Shown: piece by piece, positions 1 through 12,300 of the stretch | Numbering within the stretch: the first letter of the stretch is position 1 | Layout: the number at the start of each line of letters is the position of its first letter | Assembly (NCBI RefSeq): GCF_001194135.2 | Contig: NC_069000.1 | Span: 14,224,780-14,288,779 of the forward strand | Direction: 5' to 3' | Length of the DNA: 64,000 bases | Origin: Octopus bimaculoides | Taxonomy: Eukaryota | Program-made: the position numbers and the translations under genes | The notes under the pieces: model-generated | Told to the model about the DNA's origin: nothing | The model's database searches: none | What the model saw: only the letters and a program-made list of their open reading frames with translations

Positions 1-412
1 TTGCCCCCCCCCCTCCCACTACCACTTGGCTTGTTTACATGCCTGTAACTTAGCAGTACAGCAATAAGAGACCAATAGAATAAGTACAAGACTTGGAAAT
101 CAAGATAAGTCCTGGGCCGATTTTCCCAACTAAACTGTCCAAGGAAATGCTCAAGCATTGCTGTAGTATAAGATGACTCAAACATATGGAAGGCAAAAGG
201 TATCAAAATCTTTAATATAACATATTTTGATGGCACAAAAGATGCATAGGCACCTGAGTCAAACCCCAATTTCAGCAGCAAATATTCAGGGGAAACAAAT
301 TTTTAATGTGTAATACAGGCCCAAAATTGCATACAGGACCTAGGGAGAGTTTGTGACACAATTTTATTGGAAAACAAATGTGCTTTATATGCCATCAGAT
401 ACTGTATATATA

Positions 413-453
<41 letters not shown>

Positions 454-2059
454 GCCCTTTCAAAGCCTAGCCAGGCTCATGGGCTCGGTTTCCCGGTTTC
501 TATGGCATATGTGTTCCCCCCAGCTGGACAGGACGCCAGTCCATTGCAGCGTTACTCAAGAAACAGGAAGAAAGAGTGAGAGAAAGTTGGGGTGAAAGAG
601 TACAACAGGGGTTGCCACCACCCCCTGCCGGAGCCTCATGGAAATTAGGTGTTTTCGCTCAATAAGCACTCACAACGCCCAGTCTGGGAATCGAAACCGC
701 AATCCTCCGACCACGAGTCCGCTGCCCTAACCACTGGGCCATTGTGCCTCAACACATATATATATATATTGATATGTATACTGATAGATTTTTCAGATAA
801 TGACAGGTGCAGGTTTAAAAATAAGTCCTGGTGTCGATCTGTTTGACTAAACCCTTCAAGCATGGTCATTGTCTAATGAGTGAAACAAGTGAAAGATGAA
901 TGAAAAAAAATGAAAAGATAAAATCCTGTAATCTTATCTGTAATTGCTTCATAATTTTTTTTTTTTTTTTCCCATCCCAGTCATAGAGTGTGGTTTTTAT
1001 TTTAATAACTAAAATTCATGAATTATCACCCGGACATATGTCAGGATATGAAAAATCTATCATCAGTAGACCAAAATAGAGAAAATCATAATTGAATAGA
1101 AATGATTTCAAGACTGATATGTGATGTCTGGATTTCAATTTTAAATAATTCTAATAAGAACATCAAAAATTTGTAACTCAGTTTTATATTGATTTTTGAA
1201 TCAATCTATTTGAACAATTTTTTTTTTTTTATCAGTTACTCAAAACAATTTTGTGCAATACTTTAATTTGATTAAATTCATTTGTAAAGGCAATAAAAAA
1301 TTTGCACAAATTAGTTGATTCAAAAGTCTTTTGTAAAATTACTTCAACATCATTTCTTATGAATATCAAAGTTTATAAGTCAGGACTTTTTGATAAACCT
1401 ATGACCGAGATATTGCAGCAATTTTAGATAAGATTCAAAACAAAATATTGCACTGAATAATACTAAAAATGTTCTTGTGTGTACTTTTGCTTATGATGAA
1501 TTATGTATGTTCAATTGTCTCCATTTCCTTCGATTTAATTTTTTTTTTCCCTAAAATTTAGATCTTCAGATAGAAAATTTTCCAGACTCCTGATCTAGAG
1601 TATACTTTCTACAAAGAAAATAGGATCTTTTACTTAAAAGCCAAGACTTATGAAGCAATTGCAGATAAGATTACATAATTTGGTCTTTTCATTGTTTATT
1701 AATTACCTATTGCTTGCTTCAATCATTGGACTGCGGTCATACTGGGGCACCACCTTCAAGGATTTTAGTCAAACAAATTGACTCAAAGACATTTTTCTTT
1801 TCAAGTCTGGTACTTATACTATCAGTCTCTATGTTATATCACTATGTTATAGGGATATAAACAAACCAACAATGGTTGTCAAGCAGTGGTGTGAGGACGA
1901 TGACAAACACACACACACACATATGTAGGCAGAGATAGACAGACAGACAGATAGTGATTCTTTTAGTTTCTATTCTCCAAATGTAGTGACTTCAAACAGG
2001 TAGGGAGAAAATGAGCTATCAGAGGTTACTCATTTTGCCCCGGTTACTAATTTTGCGCC

Positions 2060-2260
2060 CCACCCCATCCAATTTGCTGCTCCATCGCCCCACCCTGGGC
2101 CGTACGCCGATAGAGAGTTATACAGCAGACCCAAAAGTGTTGTCTCTATAAAAGTGCACCCAGAGCGAATCGCCCGCTCGCCGCTCCCCACCCTCTAGTT
2201 ACGCATGGGTGCACTGCAAACCCTAACTACACGATGATTTACATTAGTTACTATGGAAAC
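2060..2260 (+). promoter_or_regulatory. GC/CpG-rich promoter-like block: CACCC boxes, TATAAAAG (2147-2154), X-box GTTACTATGGAAAC (2247-2260)
   Basis: Motifs seen directly; target transcript unknown; could be a TE end. Confidence 0.35.
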
Positions 2261-3889
2261 AAACAGACATAACAAAATTGTAGATTTCAGTAATATTGAG
2301 AATAGATAGATCTGACTGGCAAAAATTACAGGAAAAAAAATCATTCGTAACTTTTTCGTTATTAATTTCTCTCTCAAAAAAAAGGTAGTTATTTTCGCAA
2401 GTAGCATGCAAAACTACGTCTACATAGAAAGTTTCAATTAAATCGTTACTGTGCATCAAACAGAAAAAGATCCCTTTCCTTGTTTATTCCATTTTACAAC
2501 ACTTTTCGTTCTTTTAATCCTTTAGTCTGAACAGTGATGATTCATCTAACTTCATTTTCCAATCATTTCTAATCCAGCTTATTCATCACCAGTGTTGTGA
2601 AGTAACTTCCGCAATGTGCTATGTATTGGATACCGATGTCACAGTATTTAGCACTGAACGGCCTTTGTGAGTGTAAAAACAAGCCACTTTCACTTTCTCC
2701 AACTTCGGCCCCTGTCAGATTCTTGGTGGCTGCGAACAAAATATTTTCGTTAACTTGCAGTAGGGCAACGGTTCCTTTTTGTTGCACAACTAACCTAAAT
2801 CATGCAAGACAATTTCTCCACGAATCGGGGAAACACACAATAAAATGCATAATATATAATTTAATTATTTCATATGTAATACATATGTAATGCAAAATCT
2901 ACACGCAGACTACGATGGGGTCCTCTGCCGCAGGGGATTTTTTCTAATGCAATTAACAACGTATGTGGATGTGTAACTTGTGTGCGCGATTCTGACGTGC
3001 ATTTTTGCTATTGTTAAGACGAGCAGGGGTTGATAGAAACCAGATTTTTTAGGGGCTTTCTTTATTTGTTCATCACATTCATTTCAGTTGCTTCAGAAAG
3101 AGAGTATAGTTATAGAAAAACCTAGCCTGCTATTTCTAGGAAATTGAACAACCAGATTGAGGCTGCTGCTATTCAATTACTTTTTTTTTATGAGTTAATT
3201 TTGTTTGTCTTTACGGGGTCGATAAAATAAATACCAGTTGAGCACTGGGGTCGATGTAATCGACTAGCTCCCGACCCCAAATTTTCAGGCCTTGCGCCTA
3301 TAGCAGAAAGGACTTTTTATGAGTAAATTACGAGAATAGTTCATTTATGTCACAATGAAAAACAACCTGATTGCAGCATAACACACACACACACACACAT
3401 AAAAATATATAATTTCTTTCACGGTCATTAAACAAACCGTCACCAACTAAAGTTTGCAAAAGTGAAAATGGGACGTTATACTCCATGATCGTCTACCACA
3501 GACAGCTGATGACTCCTGAAAGTCTGATGTTTCATGTATTTCACTACAATACCAATTGCATGGCGTTATTTATGCGTCAACATCATCTCTCCACAGACCC
3601 AAATATATGGTTCTAGAAATGCTATTACGTTCTTATAGAAATTCAATGGTGTTTTTTTTATGATAGATAATGTTTATCATCAGTATGAAATTCGAAAGCA
3701 TGATTTAAAACAAAAAAATTAAGGTTATGTTATTGGATCACAATGATGTTACGAAAGCATTCAGAAACGAAAGTATTAATACGTATGCAATAATAAAAGA
3801 AAAATCTGCAAGTCTTACAGAGCGATACTATTCAATCGGGGAGTAAAAAAACTTTCTTTACTTTTAACACGATGGTTCTTAAAGGTCTA

Positions 3890-5052
3890 CTAGTCATTCA
3901 AACAAAACATGAAGGGTTTAATTTTAAACTTAAAACAAGCTCGAATAAAAGTTCTTTGTGATCGATGTTGGAATACTGATGTAATATGTAGATAAGGTTG
4001 AGTAAAATTACGGACACTACTGTATAATATGGGTCCTATTGATATTCTTTCATTACCGAATGTTTTTCGTTCGTTATATGACGATATAAAGACAGTGGTT
4101 TCTTGGTCGTACACCCTTTGGTATACCACAGTCTATGTTAAGAAAATCCTTTTTTTTTTGCTAAAAATAAAACCCAGCCCCAGCCAACCTTGTGTTGTAC
4201 AGTAGTACCAAAATGTGTCATGTAAGAAAGAAAAGAAAATAATAATGCATATATTAAATAAATATTTATGTTGTGTTGTAATAAATTGTAAATTAAAGTG
4301 TAAGAAAATATAGATTCTTAATCACATGATTGATTACGGAAGTCAGAAGAGGCAAATATTAAAGATGATCACAAATAAATGATCCCCTTTTTTATTTCCA
4401 TTAATATTGCATTCACATTTTCGGATGCTTTATAGAGATATGGAACTGGTCCTCAGAAATTTGGCTGATACCTCATTTTTATCGAACTCGGGAAGAATGA
4501 CGGGCAAAGCTGACTACAGAGGGATTTGAACTCAGAATGTAAAGAGCCGTGATTAAACACCGCGATGTAGTGACTGCTACGCTGTTGTGACGATTTGTTA
4601 CTCCAGGAAATAAAATAGAGGGGAAAAAACGAAACCTGAAAAGAGAATGTTGAATAAAATAAGGCTAACATGCCCACAAATAATATACCAACCTCGTTTT
4701 CTGACTCCTCATATGTGTAAATAAATTCGAGCTGTTTGTTTTGATCAACTGTTTCATTATATTCTTTGCCGAAAGTAGCATTATTATGAACAAAAGTTGT
4801 CGGGCTTTGGCCCGGTTTTTTAATTATTTCATAATCATACGGGTCTCTAATTTGTGAAACATCTTGTTTTATATGTTTTGTCAAGGAAAGTTGTTTACTT
4901 GGGGTGTTATTATGTTCCTCCTCAGTGTCTGTACGGGAAACAAATTCATTCGCTTGATAATCATTGCAATATATTTGCCTGGCATTCATTAAAATACAGA
5001 GGAAAATTATCTGGTATTGTGAGCTAAAAATGATTCGAATACGATTATACAT
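3890..5052 (-). CDS. Candidate 2-exon gene for an uncharacterised, probably secreted 200-aa protein
   Basis: Exon 1 is 5052-4693 (ATG...GAG|GTTGGT, 120 codons) and exon 2 is 4132-3890 (ttttcttaacatag|ACT...TAG, 81 codons). Both junctions are phase 0. The N-terminus is hydrophobic (IIFSSQYQIIFLCILM) and there are N-glycosylation sequons NAT, NET and NFT. No family recognised. Confidence 0.55.
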
Positions 5053-6605
5053 TTCCAAGTATGTAAAGACGAGAACTACATCAAGACACACAGACGACAG
5101 TCAAAGAGATATATATGCGTGTGTATATAAGTGCTACTGATTAAAGTTGTTGACATCCAGAGTTATCTTTCCTGATAATTCATTTCAAAATCCTGAAAAG
5201 CTCTCATTTGTTAGAAAGAAATAGTAGGATGTGATCGCCGAGGTCGACTTTGCCTTTCACCCTTTCGGAGTCGATAAATTAAGTACCAGTTGCGTACTAG
5301 GATCGATCTAATCGACTGGCTTCCTTCCCCCCAAATTTCGGGCCCTGTGCCTAGAGTAGAAAAAGAATAGCAGGGCGTGGGCAGCTTCTATGACTTACTC
5401 AAAACTTTAACTGATACGACTAATGTTACGCATTTCTGTTATAGTCGTCAGAAGAAAAAAATGGGTAAATGTGACACTGAGGAAAAATTCAAAACAGTTG
5501 CAGTTCTAAGAAAGAATGATTAGGAAAAGTGAGTCACAGTTAGATCGATGCGGGGAGAGAGAGAGAGTCGAGAAGAAAGAAACGGAAAATTTAACGTTTA
5601 AGTCAGCACTGTTCGTCGAAGTAAGAATACAATCTTTTTGAGCTCCAGTGAATACACGTTTTTCATGTTTCTTTGAGTACTGTATTGAGACAAGCATGAC
5701 CGAATTTATGTATCAGCCAATATGGGTCCTGATCCATGGCCCAAAGTCCCCTAAGCATTGGAGCTCCTTTAACTTAGAGAAGCCTAAAGCCTGGAGTTAA
5801 AATTTTTTTTTATATATTTGCAGTAATCAAAATTAATAATTTGTAATTTTTTTTATTTATCTAAATATTTTTAAATCCACTTGAGTTCTTTTAGAATTAT
5901 TGAGCCCTTTTCTGATTTATTGGACTTTTAAATTTAAAAGCCATTAAATTTAATTTAGTCTCTCTGAATCTACCGAGGCCCTTTTAAGTTTTTGGACCTC
6001 TTCAAATTTTGGGGAGATCCTAGATTTAGTGGAGCCCTCTTTGTTATAATAAAAATGATATAATGAACTTATTATATACAGTGCTCAAATGCATTACAAC
6101 TCATCAAAATCGGTAACCAGAAGTGCATGTACAGTACATATAATAATGCACGAAAAGGCAAGAAAGTTATCTGTATATTACAGTTCTTGTAGCTTCCTTT
6201 TGTTACAGACTGCCATTCTCAGTTTCAATGTGGAGAAACCTGGTGACATAGAAGAGTTCTGGTGCTAGAAGACAATCCTACCTTGCACATATGCATACAA
6301 TGAAGAGCTTAACTCTTGTCTGTCAATAGTCCCTCAAACAATCATCCCATTGCAGAATTAACTAGTAACAATGTTAAAACTTTATTGGAACAGCTGAAAC
6401 TGATGAGGACATCCTTTAAGATCTCTCTTTGCACAGTTTAACTGCTTTGGAGAGAATGACAAAGGCCAAAACCAGATCCTGATGTTGCTTATGACGTTGC
6501 CTAGCTCTGAAAATACCTGAGGTTGGGATTGAAGCTACATACATACATATTTATACACACACACACACACACACACTCACACGTACTCACAGAATTGTCT
6601 CTAAA

Positions 6606-7936
6606 TTTTACAAGGGCCTTAGAGTCAACTTAGCTAAAACCAAAATCCTAATAAGTAGGAAGGTAGATAAAACACAAACCCCTTCAGGTAGATGGCCCTG
6701 CTCAGTATGTAGAAAAGGAGTAGGTAGTAACTCTATAAGATGTACCCGGTGCAAGCTATGGACACATAAGAGGTGCAGCAACATCAAAGGCAGGTTAACT
6801 AGGAAGTTAGTTTTTGTATGTGGCAGCTGTTCAGGTGCAATAAAGACTGTAAACAAACAGGAAACAACTTCTATCTCATTTCAGGGTGAAAAACTAGAGG
6901 TAGTCGATAGCTTCCGNNNNNNNNNNNNNNNNNNNNNNNNNNNNNNNNNNNNNNNNNNNNNNNNNNNNNNNNNNNNNNNNNNNNNNNNNNNNNNNNNNNN
7001 NNNNNNNNNNNNNNNNNNNNNNNNNNNNNNNNNNNNNNNNNNNNNNNNNNNNNNNNNNNNNNNNNNNNNNNNNNNNNNNNNNNNNNNNNNNNNNNNNNNN
7101 NNNNNNNNNNNNNNNNNNNNNNNNNNNNNNNNNNNNNNNNNNNNNNNNNNNNNNNNNNNNNNNNNNNNNNNNNNNNNNNNNNNNNNNNNNNNNNNNNNNN
7201 NNNNNNNNNNNNNNNNNNNNNNNNNNNNNNNNNNNNNNNNNNNNNNNNNNNNNNNNNNNNNNNNNNNNNNNNNNNNNNNNNNNNNNNNNNNNNNNNNNNN
7301 NNNNNNNNNNNNNNNNNNNNNNNNNNNNNNNNNNNNNNNNNNNNNNNNNNNNNNNNNNNNNNNNNNNNNNNNNNNNNNNNNNNNNNNNNNNNNNNNNNNN
7401 NNNNNNNNNNNNNNNNNNNNNNNNNNNNNNNNNNNNNNNNNNNNNNNNNNNNNNNNNNNNNNNNNNNNNNNNNNNNNNNNNNNNNNNNNNNNNNNNNNNN
7501 NNNNNNNNNNNNNNNNNNNNNNNNNNNNNNNNNNNNNNNNNNNNNNNNNNNNNNNNNNNNNNNNNNNNNNNNNNNNNNNNNNNNNNNNNNNNNNNNNNNN
7601 NNNNNNNNNNNNNNNNNNNNNNNNNNNNNNNNNNNNNNNNNNNNNNNNNNNNNNNNNNNNNNNNNNNNNNNNNNNNNNNNNNNNNNNNNNNNNNNCATAA
7701 AAGACACCATTTCGAGCGTGGCCGTTGCTAGTATCGCCTGACTGGCCTTCGTGCAGGTGACACGTAAAAGCACCTACTACACTCTCTGAGTGGTTGGCGT
7801 TAGGAAGGGCATCCAGCTGTAGAAACTCTGCCAAATTTAGATTGGAGCCTGGTGTTGCCATCCGGTTTCACCAGTCCTCAGTCAAGTCGTCCAACCCATG
7901 CTAGCATGGAAAGCGGACGTTAAACGATGATGATGA
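6606..7936 (+). mobile_element. 5'-truncated RTE-type LINE (RT C-terminus with Cys-rich finger, 3' UTR, (GAT)n tail), spanning an N gap
   Basis: Open frame 6612-6916 KGLRVNLAKTKILIS...WPCSVCRKGVGSNSIRCTRCKLWTHKRCS...FVCGSC...EKLEVVDSFR. The 3' UTR 7696-7936 ends in gatgatgatgat. Flanked by a direct repeat. Confidence 0.85.
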
Positions 7937-9041
7937 TACTTATTTATACACACACACACACACTCACATGTACTCACAGAATTGTCTCTAAAAGTTTGCT
8001 TATAAGAAAAGGAATTAAACTTGTTTCCTAGATAACAGGGCAAAATTAAGCCAAGTAATTTTATCTCTTTGTATTGCTTTTTTTATCAAAGAAATATTGC
8101 TATTATACGTCAAGGTATAGCAATAATGTTATCATACTACTTTGGGTCAAAGTATTAAGCTGAGAAAGTACTAAACTGAATCATTATATCAGTTTTATTT
8201 TTGAATATGAATTCATTTCTGTTAATAACTGATTTTATATTTATATCTTCTAAAAATACTTTGGGCACACACTGTAATATACGTGCATCAACTGCTGAGA
8301 ACAATTATTAAAATAAGTCTATTGTGTCTCATTAAAATGAAACCAACATATACAATTCTAAATTTGACAAAAATCTACACATAGGTGCAGGCATGGTTGG
8401 GTTGTAAGAAGCTTGCTTCCCAATCACATGGTTTTGGGTTCAGTCCCACTGCATGGAACCTTGGGCAAATGTCTTCTACTATAGCCCCAGGCTGACCAAA
8501 ATCCTTGTGAGTGATTTCAGTAGATGAAAGAAGTTTGTCATATATGTGTGTGTTACTGCTTCCTTGCCTTGACTTCATATGATAATTGTAAATGAATGTC
8601 ACTGACGTGCAAGCTGTGTCCTTCATTTCATCTTCCTTAAAAAAACCTGCCTGGTTATGGGGAATATTACCTTACTTGGAAACAGTTGAGGGTTGGTGAC
8701 AGGAAAGGTATCTGGCTATGGCAAATCCACTTCTACAAATTCTGTCCAACCCATGCAAGCACAAGCATGAAAAAGTGGAAGTTAAAATGGAGTGTTTTGC
8801 TCAAGAACACAACTCATCATCCTGTCCAAGAATTGAACCCACAATCTCATGATTATAACATCCTAACCACTAGGTCATGCACCCTCACTTGGGAGAAATA
8901 CTGAGCAAATAACCATATATCTGAAAAAAAATTTCAAGAGGTAAGAAAAGACAAAAAAATTTCCTCGATTCTATTCTGTGACTTTATTCAATTTCAGTGT
9001 TATACAATTTTAGAAACTATTTCATTGGTCTTATAAATGTG

Positions 9042-9338
9042 TTACTGAACTTTCTGTATGTTCCTTGGTTTCTGACTTGGCATGGATAATATCACAGAGT
9101 TCCGTGATTGTGAATTATTCTTCATTTGATTTTTCAATTTTTGCTGAATTAAATAGACTTGCGCTTTACACATTTTCACTTTAGGCTTTATGAATGTTGA
9201 TCGATAATTTGTTGTCATTTCTTGATTGATCGGTGTTTTTTCTTGCCATAATTCATCTGAAGGTTTGTAGCTCACAGTTTCCTCATGTCTTTTTGGTGTG
9301 TATGTTGTTTTTGTTGTTGTCTCAGAATGGAACTTTGT
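9042..9338 (-). CDS. SAXO: SAXO-like exon 8 (terminal)
   Basis: TKFHSETTTKTTYTPK...EMTTNYRSTFIKP...KVQ*. Confidence 0.88.
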   Translation of the reverse strand, partial: TKFHSETTTKTTYTPKRHEETVSYKPSDELWQEKTPINQEMTTNYRSTFIKPKVKMCKAQVYLIQQKLKNQMKNNSQSRNSVILSMPSQKPRNIQKVQ

Positions 9339-12300
9339 CTAGGTAATGAAGAAAATAAATAATAGAAAACTAATACACATGGTTGAGAAGCAAGCTTGTT
9401 AATCACACAGCTACACCTGTGCCTATAAGCACACATACACCTGTTGATATTTATAAGTAGAACTCTTACCTGTGGAGGGACATAGTTATTTGATTCATAT
9501 GGATCTCGATATTGGGTACGTGGTCTTATAGTCCATTTTTGAAAGAATTCTTTATTTGAAGTAGTACCATCAAAAACAGCATCAGTGTTTCCCCATGATT
9601 TTAAACAGGATTTTGGCACCACAAGTTTGGAACGCAAATTGGAAGGGAAACGGAGATCAATAGGACAGTAATCTCTCTAAGAATAAAACAGAAATATCTA
9701 TTAATTATACAGAAATTAACATCAATTCGGTTCTGTTTTCTTGTTTCTTTACAAATATCAATATTTTATGCATTCTTTATATCATCATCATCATAATCAT
9801 CCATGTGGGCATTAGTGTAAACTCTTTGTCCAAAGAATAAATATCATCAATAATTTCCTCATCTGCAAAGAGTCTAAGCCTTGCTTATTTACAAGATGAA
9901 GTGTTGGGTTCATCACAGACAAATTTCATCACAAAATTGTCTTTTTTTTTTTTTAATTAAAAACAAAAGTAAACAATTATGAGAGACACCATTAACAATG
10001 AGTCATAAACACACTTGACTACAAATCTGTGACATGATCAATTGTCTAATTTTAGTATCTTATCTTCCTTTTCTATGTGTTTGTTAATTACCACTTCAGC
10101 AGGAATCCGGCAGAAATACCATTTAAGTAATTTCCACTATTGCTATTTCCACATGACAGAGTTAACATACAGAGAACTTAATTGTTTGCAATTAAATTGT
10201 AACTTGACAAATAGAAGTGAATAGCTTAACACTTTTGTTGCCCTATTTATGTTGAAATATGCTTCCTGTGTTTCAATTAATTTTTATAATAATGAAGAAT
10301 TTTAATAAAATAACTGTCACTATCAAGCTGGAGTTTGAAACATAAATTAACATTAGAAATTAAAATTAAAATTAGAAAAGTTAAGTTTGTATCATAGAAC
10401 CAAGGCCAGTCTCAGAAGGGTTAGTACCAACTGGTTTGAATGAGTTCAGTTATGTTGGAAACTTTGATAAATTTAAAATTTTTCCATGCAACCCATACTG
10501 ACAAGCAGAGAATTTATTTTTCTGCCAATTTAATAGTAGTTTGGCAAATCGAAGCAAATAAATTAAACAAGATCAGAATAAACATACCTTCTGAGAAGAC
10601 AAACTTTCCACTTTTACAGTTGGTTTGACATATTTTTCTGTTTCTTTTTTGAAAGATTGTCGCACTGGGTGTTTTTGAATATCATGACCTTTATATATAG
10701 CTCTTTGTTCAGTTTCGAAGCACCGTCTATCGATATTAAAAAAAAAGCATTTCTAAGTGTAAAAACCACTATTGAAATCAAAATCAAAGGTCTCCTAAAT
10801 TTCAAATGAACACACTGTATAGGTAGAGTTTATTTTAACACACATATCTCATGCAAACAGGTTTGTCAAAAACCGTCATATTTCAAGGCTATGTTGTCAC
10901 AGTGCTAAGATGTGCTGTTAATGCAACAAACCTGAACACTGAGATAATACTGTTTCAAAAGTACTCTTTCCCACTTAACTCATAATACACATAAAAAGAG
11001 AGATAAAGAAGCTCTTNNNNNNNNNNNNNNNNNNNNNNNNNNNNNNNNNNNNNNNNNNNNNNNNNNNNNNNNNNNNNNNNNNNNNNNNNNNNNNNNNNNN
11101 NNNNNNNNNNNNNNNNNNNNNNNNNNNNNNNNNNNNNNNNNNNNNNNNNNNNNNNNNNNNNNNNNNNNNNNNNNNNNNNNNNNNNNNNNNNNNNNNNNNN
11201 NNNNNNNNNNNNNNNNNNNNNNNNNNNNNNNNNNNNNNNNNNNNNNNNNNNNNNNNNNNCAGTTTCCGTCTACCAAATCCACTCACAAGGCTTTGGTCGG
11301 CCCGAGGCTATAGTAGAAGACACTTGCCCAAGGTGCCACGCAGTGCGACTGAACCCTGAACCATGTGGTTGGTAAACGAGCTACTTACCACACAGCCAAT
11401 GAGGAGGTGCTGAAAAGTTCCTGGCTTTGGGTAAAAGAAAATACAGGAGGATCAGTTAATTATGATTTTATTGAACATATTCCCCTCTCAGATTCACACA
11501 CTTTATTTCGGTGGTCCCTCAGTTTTTCTAAGCCCTGTAAAAGAACTCAGAAGGTTGGGCCTCCAACCAGGCATTTCACAATACCATTAAAGCCAGGAAC
11601 TTTTCAGTAACCCCTCATATATAGCAATCAACCTGTAACCACCCAGGTTGATAGCCCCCATCTTAGAATTGATAATCCTTTCTATTATAGGCACAAAGCC
11701 TGAAATTTTGTGGAGAAGGGGCTAGTCAGTTTTATTGACCCCAGTGCTCAACTGGGATACTTATTTTATAGAGTGCCAAAATTTGAAACCAATATAAAAA
11801 GAGTGAAGAGCAGTCATCTATTTTCATTTGAACACATTAAAAATAATACAATTAAAATTAGATCAAAAGGCAAGTTATAAATCAAGTGTGAATAAGCATT
11901 TTCAAGAAACAGCCCACATGAGACAAGGCTTATGATCTGGCAAATGACACTACTAAAAATATTTGAGGTAACTTTTCATTGGGCGTCTCATTCAGAAAGT
12001 TCTGTAGGCTACAGGTTGCTATTGACATACCAACCATTTCATACAGTGCACGGGAGGAAGGAGGGGCCTTTTTTTTTTTTACATGGCACCAGCATAAGGG
12101 AGATCACTAAGTAACTCACAATTCAAGGGCCTTCAGCCAAAGGAATGTAGTAATGAGGGACTGGGGATGGGCGGTATGCCAGATGATGATAAAGGGGTAG
12201 AAACAGATCTCTTGCAGTAGAGGAGATACATGGCTACCTCAGTCGGAAAAGAAGAGAGGATGGTGCAGATGTATCAGGGCATACCCTCAACTTACAAAGA

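Noticed and set aside
3500-3530. CUGAUGA-CUCCU-GAAA-GUC within 20 nt
   Set aside because: No stem II and no adequate stem I pairing; at most a collapsed hammerhead relic.
6871-7861. Long ORFs in the track spanning N runs (also at about 11.0, 17.0, 37.3, 40.0, 47.0 and 53.1 kb)
   Set aside because: Artefacts of translating assembly gaps.
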